This document shows positions 41,500-53,407 of a DNA stretch of 64,000 nt, piece after piece (position 1 is the first letter of the stretch; every line of letters starts with the position of its first letter). The stretch lies in assembly GCA_051313645.2 (NCBI GenBank), contig JBNRSN020000007.1:87792001-87856000 (forward strand). Reading direction: 5' to 3'. The position numbers were made by a program, and so were the translations under genes. The notes beneath the pieces were generated by a model. That model made no database searches. It saw only the letters and a list, made by a program, of their open reading frames with translations, and had not been told where the DNA came from. This DNA comes from Centroscyllium fabricii. Lineage: Eukaryota.

Positions 41500-42330
41500 A
41501 TCAAATAATGCCGGCCCGGCTCACTCTGAGAAAGGTTATTTCATTACTCAATAGGGCCTACACCCATTACAGTGCCCTCTTGACTTTCTCACCTGTGCTG
41601 TCAGCCACACCGCCGACCGACGCCGCCATGCTCCCGTTCGGGGTGTCGTTCACTCCGGGCCGCTTTTCTCTTTCTGGGGTGGGGGAGGCTTTAACCGCGC
41701 TTCGCCGTCCCAATCGGTGGCTGTGCCCCGAGGCCTGGAGCCGCGATGCTCTGTGACGGTCCTGGCCTTTTCCCCGCGATCCGTTAGGGCGACCTCACAT
41801 CCACTGTTTACCCAATTCTCGGCCGCAGTCCTCGTTACCGGCTGCACTGTGCTGGTGTGCTGGCGCCCGGTCTCTCGCTCCGCGGTCCCGGTCTCTCCTC
41901 CTCTGGCGGGCAGATGGCGGCCGGAATAGAGAACACCAATCCGAACTACTTTCACACCAAAGAGTCCCCATACTCACATGACAATAACCCCATTTCACTC
42001 ACACAAACTTCGGCACTGACGCTTTATTATCTGAAGATTTTGGTTTCATTATTACCTTTCCACTAAGTAAATCCTTCAGTTTTTCAAATTAGGGTTTAAT
42101 TTCAAATTTCGTAACTTTTCGCGGAAGAACTTAAGCCTTGAAGCGTGAATGCTCCATCTCGCTCATCACTGCTTCGCAGTACAGTATCGATGCGCGGCAG
42201 CATTGCGACGACTTTGGGAGCCGCATGCGCAGTAAAAGCGATTGTGGGGAAAGGTTGAGAACATTCACGTGACTGTCCGGTGAGCCGACCGCAGCCATTT
42301 TAGTGACGAAGACAATTAACTGCGGGCCCT
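41500..42330 (-). promoter_or_regulatory. CpG-island-like OGT promoter / 5' UTR
   Basis: High CpG density in non-repeat DNA around exon 1. YY1-like CAGATGGCGG at ~41911 and GCCATTTT at 42294-42301, E-box TCACGTGA at 42265-42272, NRF1-like CCGCATGCGCA at 42221-42231, ETS-like GCGGAAG at 42121. The TSS cannot be placed from sequence. Confidence 0.75.
41593..41629 (-). CDS. OGT: OGT exon 1 coding part (MAASVGGVADST)
   Basis: gggagcATGG start, 37 nt, donor CAG|gtgaga. Resembles human MASSVGNVADST. Confidence 0.93.
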
Positions 42331-42479
42331 GTGTTGATGAAACAAGGACCAAACCATAACGGATACAATAAAACGGTGTTTTATGTTGAAATTGTATATG
42401 TTTATGAAAATAACAGGCACCAAGACAGGTGGATAAGGTGGTTAGAAAGGCATATGGGATACCTGCCTTCATTAGCCGA

Positions 42480-42774
42480 AAGTCACACAACACCAGGTTT
42501 AAAGTCCAACGTTTTATTTTAAATCACAAGCTTTCGGAGCTTTTGGAGTTAAGGTATGCTAATATGCTTGTGTGCTCTAGGGTTGGATGTATGGGATCAA
42601 ATTTCTCCCCTCCCCCATGTGTGTGATCTTTGACTTTAGTTTCTCTTTCACCTGACGAAGGGGCAAAAGCTCCGAAAGCTTGTGATTTAAAATAAAACGT
42701 TGGACTTTAAACCTGGTGTTGTGTGACTTTTTGCATTTGTCCACCCCAGTCCAACACCGGCACCTCCGCATTAT
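42480..42774 (+). mobile_element. Short Penelope-like insertion with inverted arms
   Basis: 12-bp TSD TTCATTAGCCGA at 42468-42479 and 42775-42786. Inverted arms of ~60 bp. Intact hammerhead motif. Confidence 0.8.
42648..42685 (+). ncRNA. Minimal type I hammerhead ribozyme motif (Penelope-type)
   Basis: TCAC-CTGACGA-A-GGGGC-AAAA-GCTCC-GAAA-GCTT-GTGA gives helix I TCAC/GTGA, the CUGANGA and GAAA core, a 5-bp helix II and a palindromic AAGCTT helix III. Confidence 0.7.
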
Positions 42775-43494
42775 TTCATTAGCCGAGGCATAGAATATAA
42801 GAACAGGGAGGTTATGATGGAGCTGTACAAAACGCTGGTAAGACCACAGCTGGAGTACTGGTCGCCACACCAGAGGAAGGATGTGATTGCTTTGGAGAGG
42901 GTGCAGAGGAGATTCACCAGGATGTTACGTGGGTTGGAGCACTTCAGCTACGAAGACTGGACAGGCTGGGGTTGTTTTCCTTAGAGCGGAGAAGGCGGAG
43001 GGGGAACCTGATTGAGGTGTACAACATTCTGAGGGGCATAAATAGGGTAGATAGAAAGGAACTTTTTCACTTAGAGGGGTCAATAACCAGGGGGCATAGT
43101 TTCAAGTTAAGGGGCAGGAGGTTTAGAGGTGATTTGAGGAGGAAGGTTTTCACCCAGAGGGTGGCTGGAGTCTGAAACTCGCTGCCTGGAAGGGTGGTGG
43201 AGGCAGGAACCCTCACAATATTCAAGAGGCATTTGGATGAGCACTTGAAATGGCATAGCATACAAGGCTATGGACCAAGTGCTGGAAAATGGGATTAGAA
43301 TAGGAATAGAAAGGGTTTGATGGCCGGCGCGGACACGATGGGCCGAAGCGCCTCTTTCTGTGCTGTAAAACTCGATGACTCATGGCTCTTTAAATATCTC
43401 AGTGTGGCAGGGCTGGGCGTGTAAACGCACAGCCACTGCCTGGAGTTAATTGAAGAATATAGAAAGGATATTGAGGCTTTAGAGGGGGTCCAAA

Positions 43495-43765
43495 GATGTG
43501 CGGGTTAGGTTGATTGGCCATGATAAATTGACCCTTAGTGTTAGGGGGATTGAATATGTGGGGTTACGGGGATAGGGTGGGATATGTGGGGTTACGGGGA
43601 TAGGGTGGGATATGTGTCGGTGCAGGCTCAATGGGGATCGAGGGATATGGGGAGAGGGCAGAGGCGGGATACTGGGTTTGAATGATCAGCCATGATCTCA
43701 TTGAATGGCGGAGCAGGCTCGAAGGGCCGAATGGTCTACTCCTGCTCCTATCTTCTATGTTTCTA
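43495..43765 (+). mobile_element. SINE 3' part with CR1 tail and a 28-bp tandem duplication
   Basis: CCAAAGATGTGCGGGTTAGG V-domain end, then (ATATGTGGGGTTACGGGGATAGGGTGGG)x2. Confidence 0.75.
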
Positions 43766-44244
43766 TAACATAGATTAACTGGGATGCAGCCCGGTATGAG
43801 GAAAGATAAATAAGAAAATTGGGTCTTTTTCGTTATGGGGTGATACAATGGAATGTTTGAAATTATGAAAGAATGGGACAGGGTAGATAGAAGCAGAATA
43901 ATTGAGGGGTCAGGAGGAGCCTTGGATATGAGATTAAATGTAAGCAATTTGGAACAGAGCAAGCTAAATTTCTTCACAGAGTTGCGAGGCTGTGAATTCA
44001 CTTCTAGGGTTAGTGGTTGAGACAGTAACCTGACAATGTCCCCAGATTGACTGCTGGTGCTGCTGTAATTTGTTCAGAAGTGCAGTGGAAACAGTAAATT
44101 TAATAGGTGGAGAAAAGAAAAGGGATATGGAAACAAGGTGGGTAAATGTGTTTAGAACTGTTTACTTACATGGATGGTAAATGCTAATATGGAGTGGTTG
44201 AGTCAAATGGCTCATTTCCATGTAACTTCGACGTATGTGGTAGA

Positions 44245-45590
44245 CTTGTTAACAGACAGAAAACAAATAGTAGGGATAAACGGGTCTTTTTCAGGATGGC
44301 AGGCTATGACTAGTGGGATACCGCAAGGATCAGTTCTTGAGCCCCAGCTTTTCACAATCTATTATCAATGATTTGGATGAGGGGACTAAATGTAACATTT
44401 CCAAATTTGCTGATGATACAAAGCCCGGTGGCAGATGTGAAGAGGCTTCAAGGGGATCTTGACAGGCTCCGTGAGTGGGCGAGAATATGGCAGATGGACT
44501 ATAATGTGGATAAATGTGAATTTATCCACTTTGGTAGAAAAAAACAAAGGCAGTGTATTTCCTAAATGGTGAACGATTGGGGAATGCAGATGCTCAAAGG
44601 GACCTGGGTGTCCTTGCACATGAGTCACTGAAAGTGAATGTGCAGAAAGCCATTCGGAAGGCAAATGGTATGCTGGCCTTCATTACAAGAGGGTTTGAAT
44701 ACAGGAGTAAAGACGTCTTGCTCCAATTATATAGGGTCTTGGTGAGACCACACCTGGAGTAGAGTGTACAATTTTGGTCTCCTCACCTAAGTAAGGATAT
44801 ACTTGCCATTGACGAAGTGCAACGAAGGTTCACGAGATTGACTGCTGGGATGGCAGGACAGTCGTATGAGAAGAGATCGAATAAACTGGGCCTGTGTTCT
44901 CTTGAATTCAGAAGAATGAGAGGGGATCTCATTGAAACACAGAAGATAGGAGCAGGAGTAGGCTATTCGGCCCTTTGAGCCTGCTCTGCCATTTTGATGA
45001 GATCATGGCTGATCATCCAAACCCAGCACCCCCCTCCTGCATATCCCCCGACACCCCCAACTCTAAAAACTATATTTCACACACATAATCATGGGCAATT
45101 TTTAGTATCTCCAATTCACCTACCCTGCATGTTTTTGGGTGGTGGGAGGAAACCGGAGTACCCGGAGGAAACCCACACGAACATGGGGAGAACATGCAAA
45201 CTCCACGCAGAGGTGTCCTGGGCCAAGCAAGATTCGAACCTAGAAGCTCCTTATTGCGAGGCAGCAGTGCTAACCACTGCGCCACTGTGTCATCATCCAA
45301 AATTATCACAGGGCTTGATAGGGTGGATGCTGGGAGAATGTTTCCCTTGGCTGGCGAGTCCAGAACCAGGGGCCACAGCCTCAGGATAAAGGGTTGGCCA
45401 TTCAGGACTGAGAAGAAGACACTTCTTCACACAGAGGGTGGTGAATCTTTGGAATCCTCTACCCCAGAGGGCTGTGGAGGTTCAGTCATTGGGTATATTC
45501 AAAACAGAATTCTGACTAGTAAGGGCATCAAGGTATAGGGCCGTGAATGGCAGAGCAGGCTCGAATGGCCTACTCCTACTTCTTATGTTC
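44245..45590 (+). mobile_element. CR1 fragment interrupted by a SINE
   Basis: SGIPQGSVL and VRPHLE. Resumes after 45295. Confidence 0.88.
44937..45296 (-). mobile_element. tRNA-derived SINE, same family as 33154-33520
   Basis: Nearly identical to the 33154-33520 copy in reverse orientation. Confidence 0.87.
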
Positions 45591-45673
45591 TAACAGCAAA
45601 TGCAGATGTTAGTCATCGGGTAATGGTATAAGTTTATAATTGTAATTAAAAGGTATTGCATCTATAAAGCATA

Positions 45674-45981
45674 TGATATCCCTGTGGTAAACCGTTTACC
45701 ACTAATATTGTATTGTATATAGTTACCTCCTGTCCACCAGGGGTTTACCTGGGATAATACTGTATTGTATATAATTACCTCTTGTCCACCTGGGACCTAC
45801 CTGTGATGCCTCAGCCAGCTCCGCCTCCTGGCTCCACCCACGGACAGGTATAAAGGTGGCAGCCCTGCTGACCTCGTGGCATTCCAGGACCTGATAGTGA
45901 CAAGACCTATACTCCAGTTCTTTGTTAATAAAAGCCTCAATTGCTTTACTTCTCCGACTCACAGTAATTGATCATGCATCA
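45674..45981 (+). mobile_element. Gypsy 5' LTR
   Basis: TGAT...ATCA termini, TATAAA at 45849-45854, AATAAA at 45927-45932, internal ~38-bp direct repeats. Lies directly before gag. Confidence 0.72.
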
Positions 45982-46003
45982 ATTTTATTAACAAAATTTA
46001 ACG

Positions 46004-48996
46004 ATGGACAAAATACTGAGACCTGATCGCCTGGAGTTAGAACCGCAGGCGGCGGACACACCACAGAACTTCGCACACTGGCTCAAGTGTTTTGAACTTT
46101 TTTTAGAAGCTTCCGGTGAAACAATCACCTCGGACGCACGTAAATTGGTGGTCCTGCAATCCCGGGTAAGCCCGGCCATCTATACGTTGATCGAGGGCGA
46201 AACCTCCTACGAAGGCGCTCTAACCATCCTCAAGGACCAGTTCGCGGCCCCAGTGAACGAAGTCTACACGAGACACCTCCTGCTGTGCCGAAAGCAGCAG
46301 ACCGGCGAATCTGTTGCGGACTTCATTAGAGCACTGTGGGTGCTCGGACGGACCAGCAACTGCAAGGCAGTAACGGCCCAGACCTGCGTTGATGACCTGA
46401 TCTGCGATGCCCTCGTTGCGGGTGTAAAATCAAGCTACACCCGCCAGCGGCTACTCAAACAGAACGGCCTCGACCTAAAAAAAGTGCCAGCTCTTGCGCA
46501 CTCGCTGGATGTAGCGCACCGGAACATGGAAGCCTTTGACCAGCCAACAACCTTGTGGGCAGCACGGGCGCAGCCATCATGGACGGAAGGACCAAATCCC
46601 GCCGTGCCTCCCCCGCTAACGTCTGCAGCCATACCCAGCGCCCAGAAATGCTACTTCTGTGGCCACTCCAAGCACCCCAGGTAGCGCTGCCCGGAAAGAG
46701 AGGCACCATGCTCCAGTTGCAGGAAAAAGGGGCACTACACCAGTGTCTGCAAGGCCAGACCCTCCCCCAACCCCAGCAGTGCCATGTGTAGCCCAGCGGA
46801 GTGGCCATCTTGCAGCGGCCATCTTGCCCAGCTGCGTGGAGAGCAAGCGGGTGGCCATCTTGGGTCTCCCCCGGCCGCGTGTGATCCGTGGGCGCCGCCA
46901 TCTTTGATTTCGCCGATTGCGCCCACCTCCCCCGCTTCCACACCAGAGGACTTCGACCTGTTGCTGCCTCAACTGGCCTCCATCACCCTGGATCAATCTA
47001 GGCCCCACCAGCTCGCCAGGTCCACGATGGACATCCACGTAAACAGCCGCACCACAACTGCCTTTTCGACTCGGGGAGCACCGAAAGCTTTATTCACCTG
47101 GACACAGTGTGGAGGCTTTCACTCACGGTCCTCCCGGCGCGCCAGCGGATCTCCCTGGCCTCTAAAACCCAAACAGCGGATGTCGGCGGATACTGCGTCG
47201 TTACGTTGTTTGTGCGGGGCACAGTCTGTAACAATTTTAAACTTTTCATCCTCCCTCACCTCTGCGCTGCCGTTCTGCTTGGGCTAGACTTTCAGAGCCA
47301 CCTCGACAGCATCACAATGAAGTACGGTGGGCCCCTCCCCCCCCCTCACTGTTTGTAGCCAGCAGTTTTTAAAACACCAGCCACGCACTGTTTGCAGCCA
47401 CTCGACCCTTAAGATCGCCCCTCCTCCACTGTTCGCTACTCTCACTAAGAGCAGGCACTGCAGTATGGGGCATAGATGTTTTATTAAATGAGATTCAGCG
47501 GCTCCTGAAGAAGGGGGTCATTGAGGCTCGCAACAGCCCCGGAGAGCCCAGGTTGCAGTCGTCAAGACCGGCGAGAAGCACTGCCTGGTCATCGACTACA
47601 GCCAGACCATAAACCGCTTTACGTAGCTGGACGCAAATCCCCTACCTCGCATTTCTGACATGGTCAACCAGATTGCGCAGTACCGGGTGTTCTCCACGAT
47701 TGACTTAAAGTCTGCGTACCACCAGCTCCTCATCCGCCCCGAAGACCACCAGTACACCGCCTTTGAGGCGAACGGCCGTCTTTACCGTTTCCTCAGGGTC
47801 CCCTTCGGCGTCACCAACAGTGTTTCGGTCTTCCAATGGGAGATGGACCGTATGGTGGACCGAAACGGGCTGCTGGCTACATTACCCTACTTGGATAATG
47901 TCACCATCTGCGGCCATGACACACAGGACCATGACGCCAATCTGCCAAATTTCTCCGGACGGCCCAACTCCTTAACCTCACATACAAGGAGAAATGCGTT
48001 TTCCATACCACCCGCCTCGCCATCCTGGGCTGTGTCGTGGAAAATGGGGTCAACGGCCCTGAACCTGAATGCATGCGCCCCCTCATATAGCTCCCCCTCC
48101 CCCACAGCCCCAAGTCCCTGAAAAGGTGCCTGGGCTTTTTCTCGTACTACGCCCAGTGGGTCCCCAATTACGCTGACAAAGCCCGCCCCCTCATTAAATC
48201 TACCTCTTTCCCCCTGGCGGACGAGGCTCGCGTAGCCTTCGAGAGCATCAAGTCTGACATCGCCCAGGCGACCATGCATGCCGTGGACGAATCCACCCCG
48301 TTCCAGGTGGAAAGCGATGCCTCTGACTTCGCCCTGGCCGCTACCCTCAATCAGGCGGGGAGACCAGTGGCCTCCTTTTCCCGCACCCTCCAAGGCCCTG
48401 AAATCAGACACTCCTCGGTGGAAAAGGAAGCCCAGGATATCATGGAAGCGGTGCGGCACTGGAGACATTACCTGGCCGGTAAAAGATTTACCCTGCTCAC
48501 TGACCAGCGTTCAGTGGTTTTCATGTTTAATAATAAACAGCAGGGCAAGATCAAAAATGGTAAGATCCTGAGGTGGAGAATTGAGCTGTCCACCTACAAT
48601 TACGACATCTTGTACCGGCCCGGTAAACTCAATGAGCCCCCGGATGCTCTATCCCGAGGAACCTGTGCCAGCGCACAAGTGGCTAGATTGCAATCACTCC
48701 ACAATGACCTCTGCCACCCGGGAGTCACCCGTCTCTTCCATTTCGTCAAGTCCCGCAACCTGCATTACTCCATTTCGGAAGTCCGGGCCGTTACCAGGAG
48801 CTGCACGACCTGCGCTGAGTGCAAACCGCACTTCTATAGGCCAGACAGAGCTAACCTGATAAAGGCCACCCGTCCCTTTGAGCGCCGACTTCAAAGGGCC
48901 CCTCCCCTCCTCCGACTGCAATGTGTATTTCCTCACCGTCATTGATGAGTACTCACGTTTCCCCTTCGCTATCCCTTGTCCAGACATGACCTCGGC
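46004..48996 (+). mobile_element. Ty3/Gypsy gag-pol, decayed and 3'-truncated within integrase
   Basis: gag with CYFCGHSKHPR*RC zinc knuckle, protease FDSGS (~47065), RT IDLKSAYHQ / PFGVTN / YLDN, RNase H ESDASD...EKEA...TDQ, integrase HHCC then DFKGP / VIDEYSRF. Domain order is PR-RT-RH-IN. Confidence 0.95.
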
Positions 48997-50729
48997 CCAT
49001 CTGCTGCTGAAACTCTCATCATGCTTTTATTACCTCCACTCGACTATTCCAAAGCTCCTTAAAACCTACCTCTTTGACCAAGCTTTTGGACTCCTGTCTT
49101 AGTATCTCTTTATGTGGTTTGGTGCCAATATTTGCTGGCAAGGGCTGAAGGGCCTCTTTCTGTGCTGTATAATTCTATGATTCTATAAATCCTGGAGTAG
49201 GGGCTTGAACCCACAAAACATATGGATTCAGAGCCAAGACATCGACTGAACCAAACCACCACTTGTTGCATTTTAAGCTATTTAATTTGGTTACTGAAGT
49301 CCAATCACATGCAAATGTTCCTGTCCTGAGGCTTCCTTCCCAGAATCACGCCTCAGTGAGTGACAAGATCATTTCTGAAGAGGAGCCTGAAACATAGCTG
49401 AATGGGAATCAAGGAAACAATGAGAAATATGCAGACAAAAAGGGAGAATGTGTGAAGCAGAGTGAAGGACATACAGAAGAGTGAAATAGAGGACAAAGTA
49501 CACTTGCAGAACAAGGGAGAAAAGGTCAGATAACAAGAAAGCATATGGGAGCTGGTGAGAATGGATTGAAGACCAATAGAAATGGTTACAGGAAGAGACA
49601 ATCTTGAGCACAGCCACAGGAATTATAACTTCATACATTTCAATACAGCTTGAAAAATCATAAACCCAGGGTGGCCTGACCCTTGTAGCCTCACAGTTGA
49701 CCCTTGAAAAATAATGACTTGCTGCATTTACTGCTTTCCCAGAGCGAGCACATCTTCGTTCTGTGCCCAACTAAATCCCTTCAGTCTGTCTTGCATCATG
49801 CTCACAGCTCTGTGCCAGGAGTGCAAATTTATAAAATCAACCCTCTAATGTTCATTTTGTGAGGTACAAACAGGACTCATTACATTTAACTGTGTACCTG
49901 TAATTGGTGAAGTCCATTACAAAGTAATTATATGTTCTGAGGAAGTTTCTAGAAATATGTAATTGGGTAAAAAATACATGATTGGGATGGTCTGATGCAC
50001 TGTGTCTTCATGCATTCAGAGCAATGCTGTGTGTTAGCCCCAAGGTCACAAGGCAATGCGGTGTATCTTGAATAAAACCTTGCAATAATATTACATAGGG
50101 TGCATTCACAACACAACTAGCATCGCTTTATCCTCGCACCGAAGTTGGAGTTTTTGTAGCAACGCAGCTGAATCCAGATTTAGCAATCTCAATGTAACCT
50201 GGTTCCAAACTTTATGAATAACTAACAGGTTACTTAGTGTCAATTCACATCTATTTCCTTATGACATTTTGTTCTGAACTATTTAGCTACGCTGTTTTCA
50301 CTACTTCTTACCCAGATGAACAAACATGAATTTATATGGTTGGCACAACAATGAGATAATGAAGTAAAGTCATGAAACACAACAGAGGTTAAAAACAACC
50401 TGGAGTGACAGTATAAATGAGCTAGAAGAGGAACAGGAATGAAAATAGACAGTATTGTAAAGCAACTGGAGCAAATCAAATTAAAACTGTCAGCTGCAAT
50501 CGGAAGGCCGTATTTTTTTCATGTTTGCTGAGAACTAGCCGCATAGAGATAGGAATAAAAAGAACAGCAAATACTGGAAATCTGACAGAAAACAAGCTTC
50601 TGGAAATGCAGAATCAGCATCCGACAGGGAAAAATGGGTTCATGTTTCAGGTAGGACCCTTTAGCTGAACAGTTAAAGGTTAACTTATTTTGCTGACTGA
50701 CATGGAATCAAAATTTTAAAGTGCAGGAG

Positions 50730-52200
50730 GCAGCCCATTTAAGGAGTTAGGCGATATCTTGAAAAACAAGACCTCAAGGGTGGTAATCTCTGGATTGCTT
50801 CCTGTGTGCCACACCCTGGACAGGTTAAAGAGAGCAATATTATTAAGGTCAATGTATAGCTGTAGAGATGGTGCAGGAGGGAAGGATTCATAATTCTTGT
50901 GACATTGAATTAAATTGAATTCTGGAACAAGGGAAGGATATACCGAAGGGACAGTCTTCATTTGAACTAAGACAGCACCAGTGTCCTTGTAGAGAAAGTA
51001 AATAGAGTACTTGGGGAGGATTTAAATTAATATGGCAGGAGGCTGGGGAATGACTAAGTGTGCGACTAAAGAGGGAGAGCATGATTAATAAAGCCATTAG
51101 AATACATAGCTGAAATAAACAAAAGGAAAATGGGGGGGGAGTAGAAAGAGAAACAAATAAGCAGTTGTACAAGCAGGCAATGGATAGCAAGAAATTAAAT
51201 GAGAATACCAGCACAAAGAATAAGGGTCAATATTCCAGAAAATTGGAGTCAGGATTGAGTGGTATATGTGTGAATGTAAAACAGGAGAGTTAGAACTTTT
51301 ACTAACTATGGAGGGATGTGATATAGTAGCTATAATGGCTACACTTCACCTGGGGAAGGAGCTGCGTTCCGAAAGCTTGTGATTTCAAATAAAACTGTTG
51401 GACTATAACCTGGTGTGTGACTTCTCACAGCTATAATGGAGATATGGCTTGAGGTTGAACAGGTTAGGAAACTTAATACTGTATTCCTAGTTATAACATT
51501 TTTAGGAGAGCTAGGGAGGGGAAAAAAGGATCAAATGGCATTTTTAGTGAAGGATTCTATAACCGCACTGGAACACAAAGATGTCCTAGGGGATTGCAAT
51601 AAGACAATGTTAAGAAATAGGAAGTAAAATGGTACAATTCTTGGTCAGCAAACTTTGGAGATGAGATGGAGGGTGAAAACTGCAGACAGATATGCAAGAA
51701 CAACAGGGCAATAATGGGGGATTTAACTATCTCAATACCCTAGAATAAAGCCAATGCGTGTTGTAATGGAATACTTTTTAGAATTAATCCAAGACTGCTA
51801 CCTGGATCAGTATATTTCTATTCCAACAAGGAAAAAAGCATTGCTTTATTTAGTTCTGGAGAATTTAAGCGAGGCAAATAACTGATGTAAGAGTAAGAGA
51901 ACAATGGGAAATTAGTGACCACAACATATTTAGATTCAATGTAAGACTAGAAAAGGATAATGACAAGTCAAACGTAAGAGTGCAATAAATGAAAAAAGAC
52001 GAAGCTCAGTAAGATAAAAAAAAGGGTCTGGTCCAAATTAATTGGAAAAATTAGCAAACAGATCAATGGTTTGGAGTGGAAGTCTTCAAATGTGAGATGG
52101 ATAAAGTCCAAAATAAATATATACCTTAGTAGAATTCCATGCATAAATAGAGATTAAAATTAAACAAAGTAAGAGACATACAATAAAATTAGGGATAACA
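50730..52200 (+). mobile_element. Old CR1 (ORF1 end and endonuclease) remnant
   Basis: Degenerate VVISGLLP, IMGDFNY and ISDHN motifs. Confidence 0.65.
51339..51428 (+). mobile_element. Very short Penelope-like insertion (single arm)
   Basis: 11-bp TSD AGCTATAATGG at 51328-51338 and 51429-51439. Degenerate hammerhead TCACCTGGGGAAGGAGCTGCGTTCCGAAAGCTTGTGA. Confidence 0.75.
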
Positions 52201-52219
52201 ATATTAAAGATAATAAACA

Positions 52220-52730
52220 ACCACTTACATTCATATAGCACCTTTAATGTTTAACGTAGGAAAGTGTCCCAAGGCTTCCCAGAAGTGTAATCAGTCAAAA
52301 ATTGACATCAAGCCAAAGAAGGAGCTATTAGGATGGGTGACTAAAAACTACATTTTAAAGAAGATCTTAAACAACGAGAGGCGATGGGTTGAAGGAGGGA
52401 ATTTTAGAGCTTGGGGCTGGATGGCGGAAGGCATTGGCACCAATGGTGAAGCGAGGGGAGTGGGTAGTCCAGAGATCTCAGAGGGTTGGAGGAGGTTGCA
52501 GAGGTGGGGATAGGCAAGACTATGAAGGAATTTGAACATGAGGAATTTAATTTTAAATTGAAGGTGTGGGGGCCTAGGACCCAATGTGGGTCAGAAAGCA
52601 TGGATGATGAATGATCGGGACTTGTGTGGGTTAGGATACAGGCAGCAGAGCTTTGGATAAGGTCTAGTTTATGGAGGATGGGTGGCCAGCAAGGATACTA
52701 TTGGAATAGTTGTCTTGAGGTGAAGTAAAG
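52220..52730 (-). mobile_element. L2 3' fragment
   Basis: Similar to 32355-32980. Confidence 0.72.
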
Positions 52731-53407
52731 GGCTTAAGTCTGGACTGGTAGATAAAATGTGCACAAGAATGTACTAGGGCTTCAACCTTTCACTATATTT
52801 GTAAATGACTTGGATGAAAGGAAGAGAGAGCCATATATCTAAGTTTGCTGAAGACACCAAGTTAGGTGGTACAGTAATTAGTGTAGACAGGAGCAGAAAG
52901 TTGCAAAGGGACATTGATGGATTAAGTGAGTGGGCAAAACTGTGGCAGATGTTCAATGTGGGGAAAGTGTGAGGTCATCCACTGTGGACTTAAAGATCGA
53001 TCAGGGTATTTCCTAAATGGCGAGAAACTATTAACTGCGGAGGAACAGAGAGATTTAGGGGTCTAAGTACAGAGATCACTAAAAGCTAATGGAGAGGTAC
53101 AAAAAATAATTAAAACAGCTCAAGGAATGTTGGCCTTTATTTCAAGAGGGTTGGCCAAGTCCCATTCACCCATCACCTCTGCTCGCGGACTGACATGGGC
53201 TCCCGGTCTGTCAGTGCCTCAATTTTAAAGTCGTCATCCTTTTTTCAAATCGTTCCATGGCCTCACCCCTCCCTATCTTGAACCTCCTCCAGCCATACAA
53301 CCCTCCGGAGATCTATGCACCTCTTGCACATACCAGATTTTAATTGCTCCACCATTGGCAGCTGTCTCTTCAGCTGCCTAGGCCTTAAACCCCACCCCTC
53401 TCCAGAC

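Larger units (their letters stand above)
42420..43380 (+). mobile_element. CR1 3' fragment interrupted by a Penelope-like insert
   Basis: DKVVRKAYGI before the insert. The CR1 resumes at 42775 and runs to the CR1 tail. Confidence 0.88.

Noticed and set aside
41508-42066. Several overlapping ORFs near OGT exon 1
   Set aside because: Expected from stop-poor GC-rich promoter/UTR DNA, with no recognisable protein.
46004-46684. Domesticated gag gene
   Set aside because: Stop codon within the zinc knuckle, an attached LTR and a frameshifted pol indicate ordinary decay.
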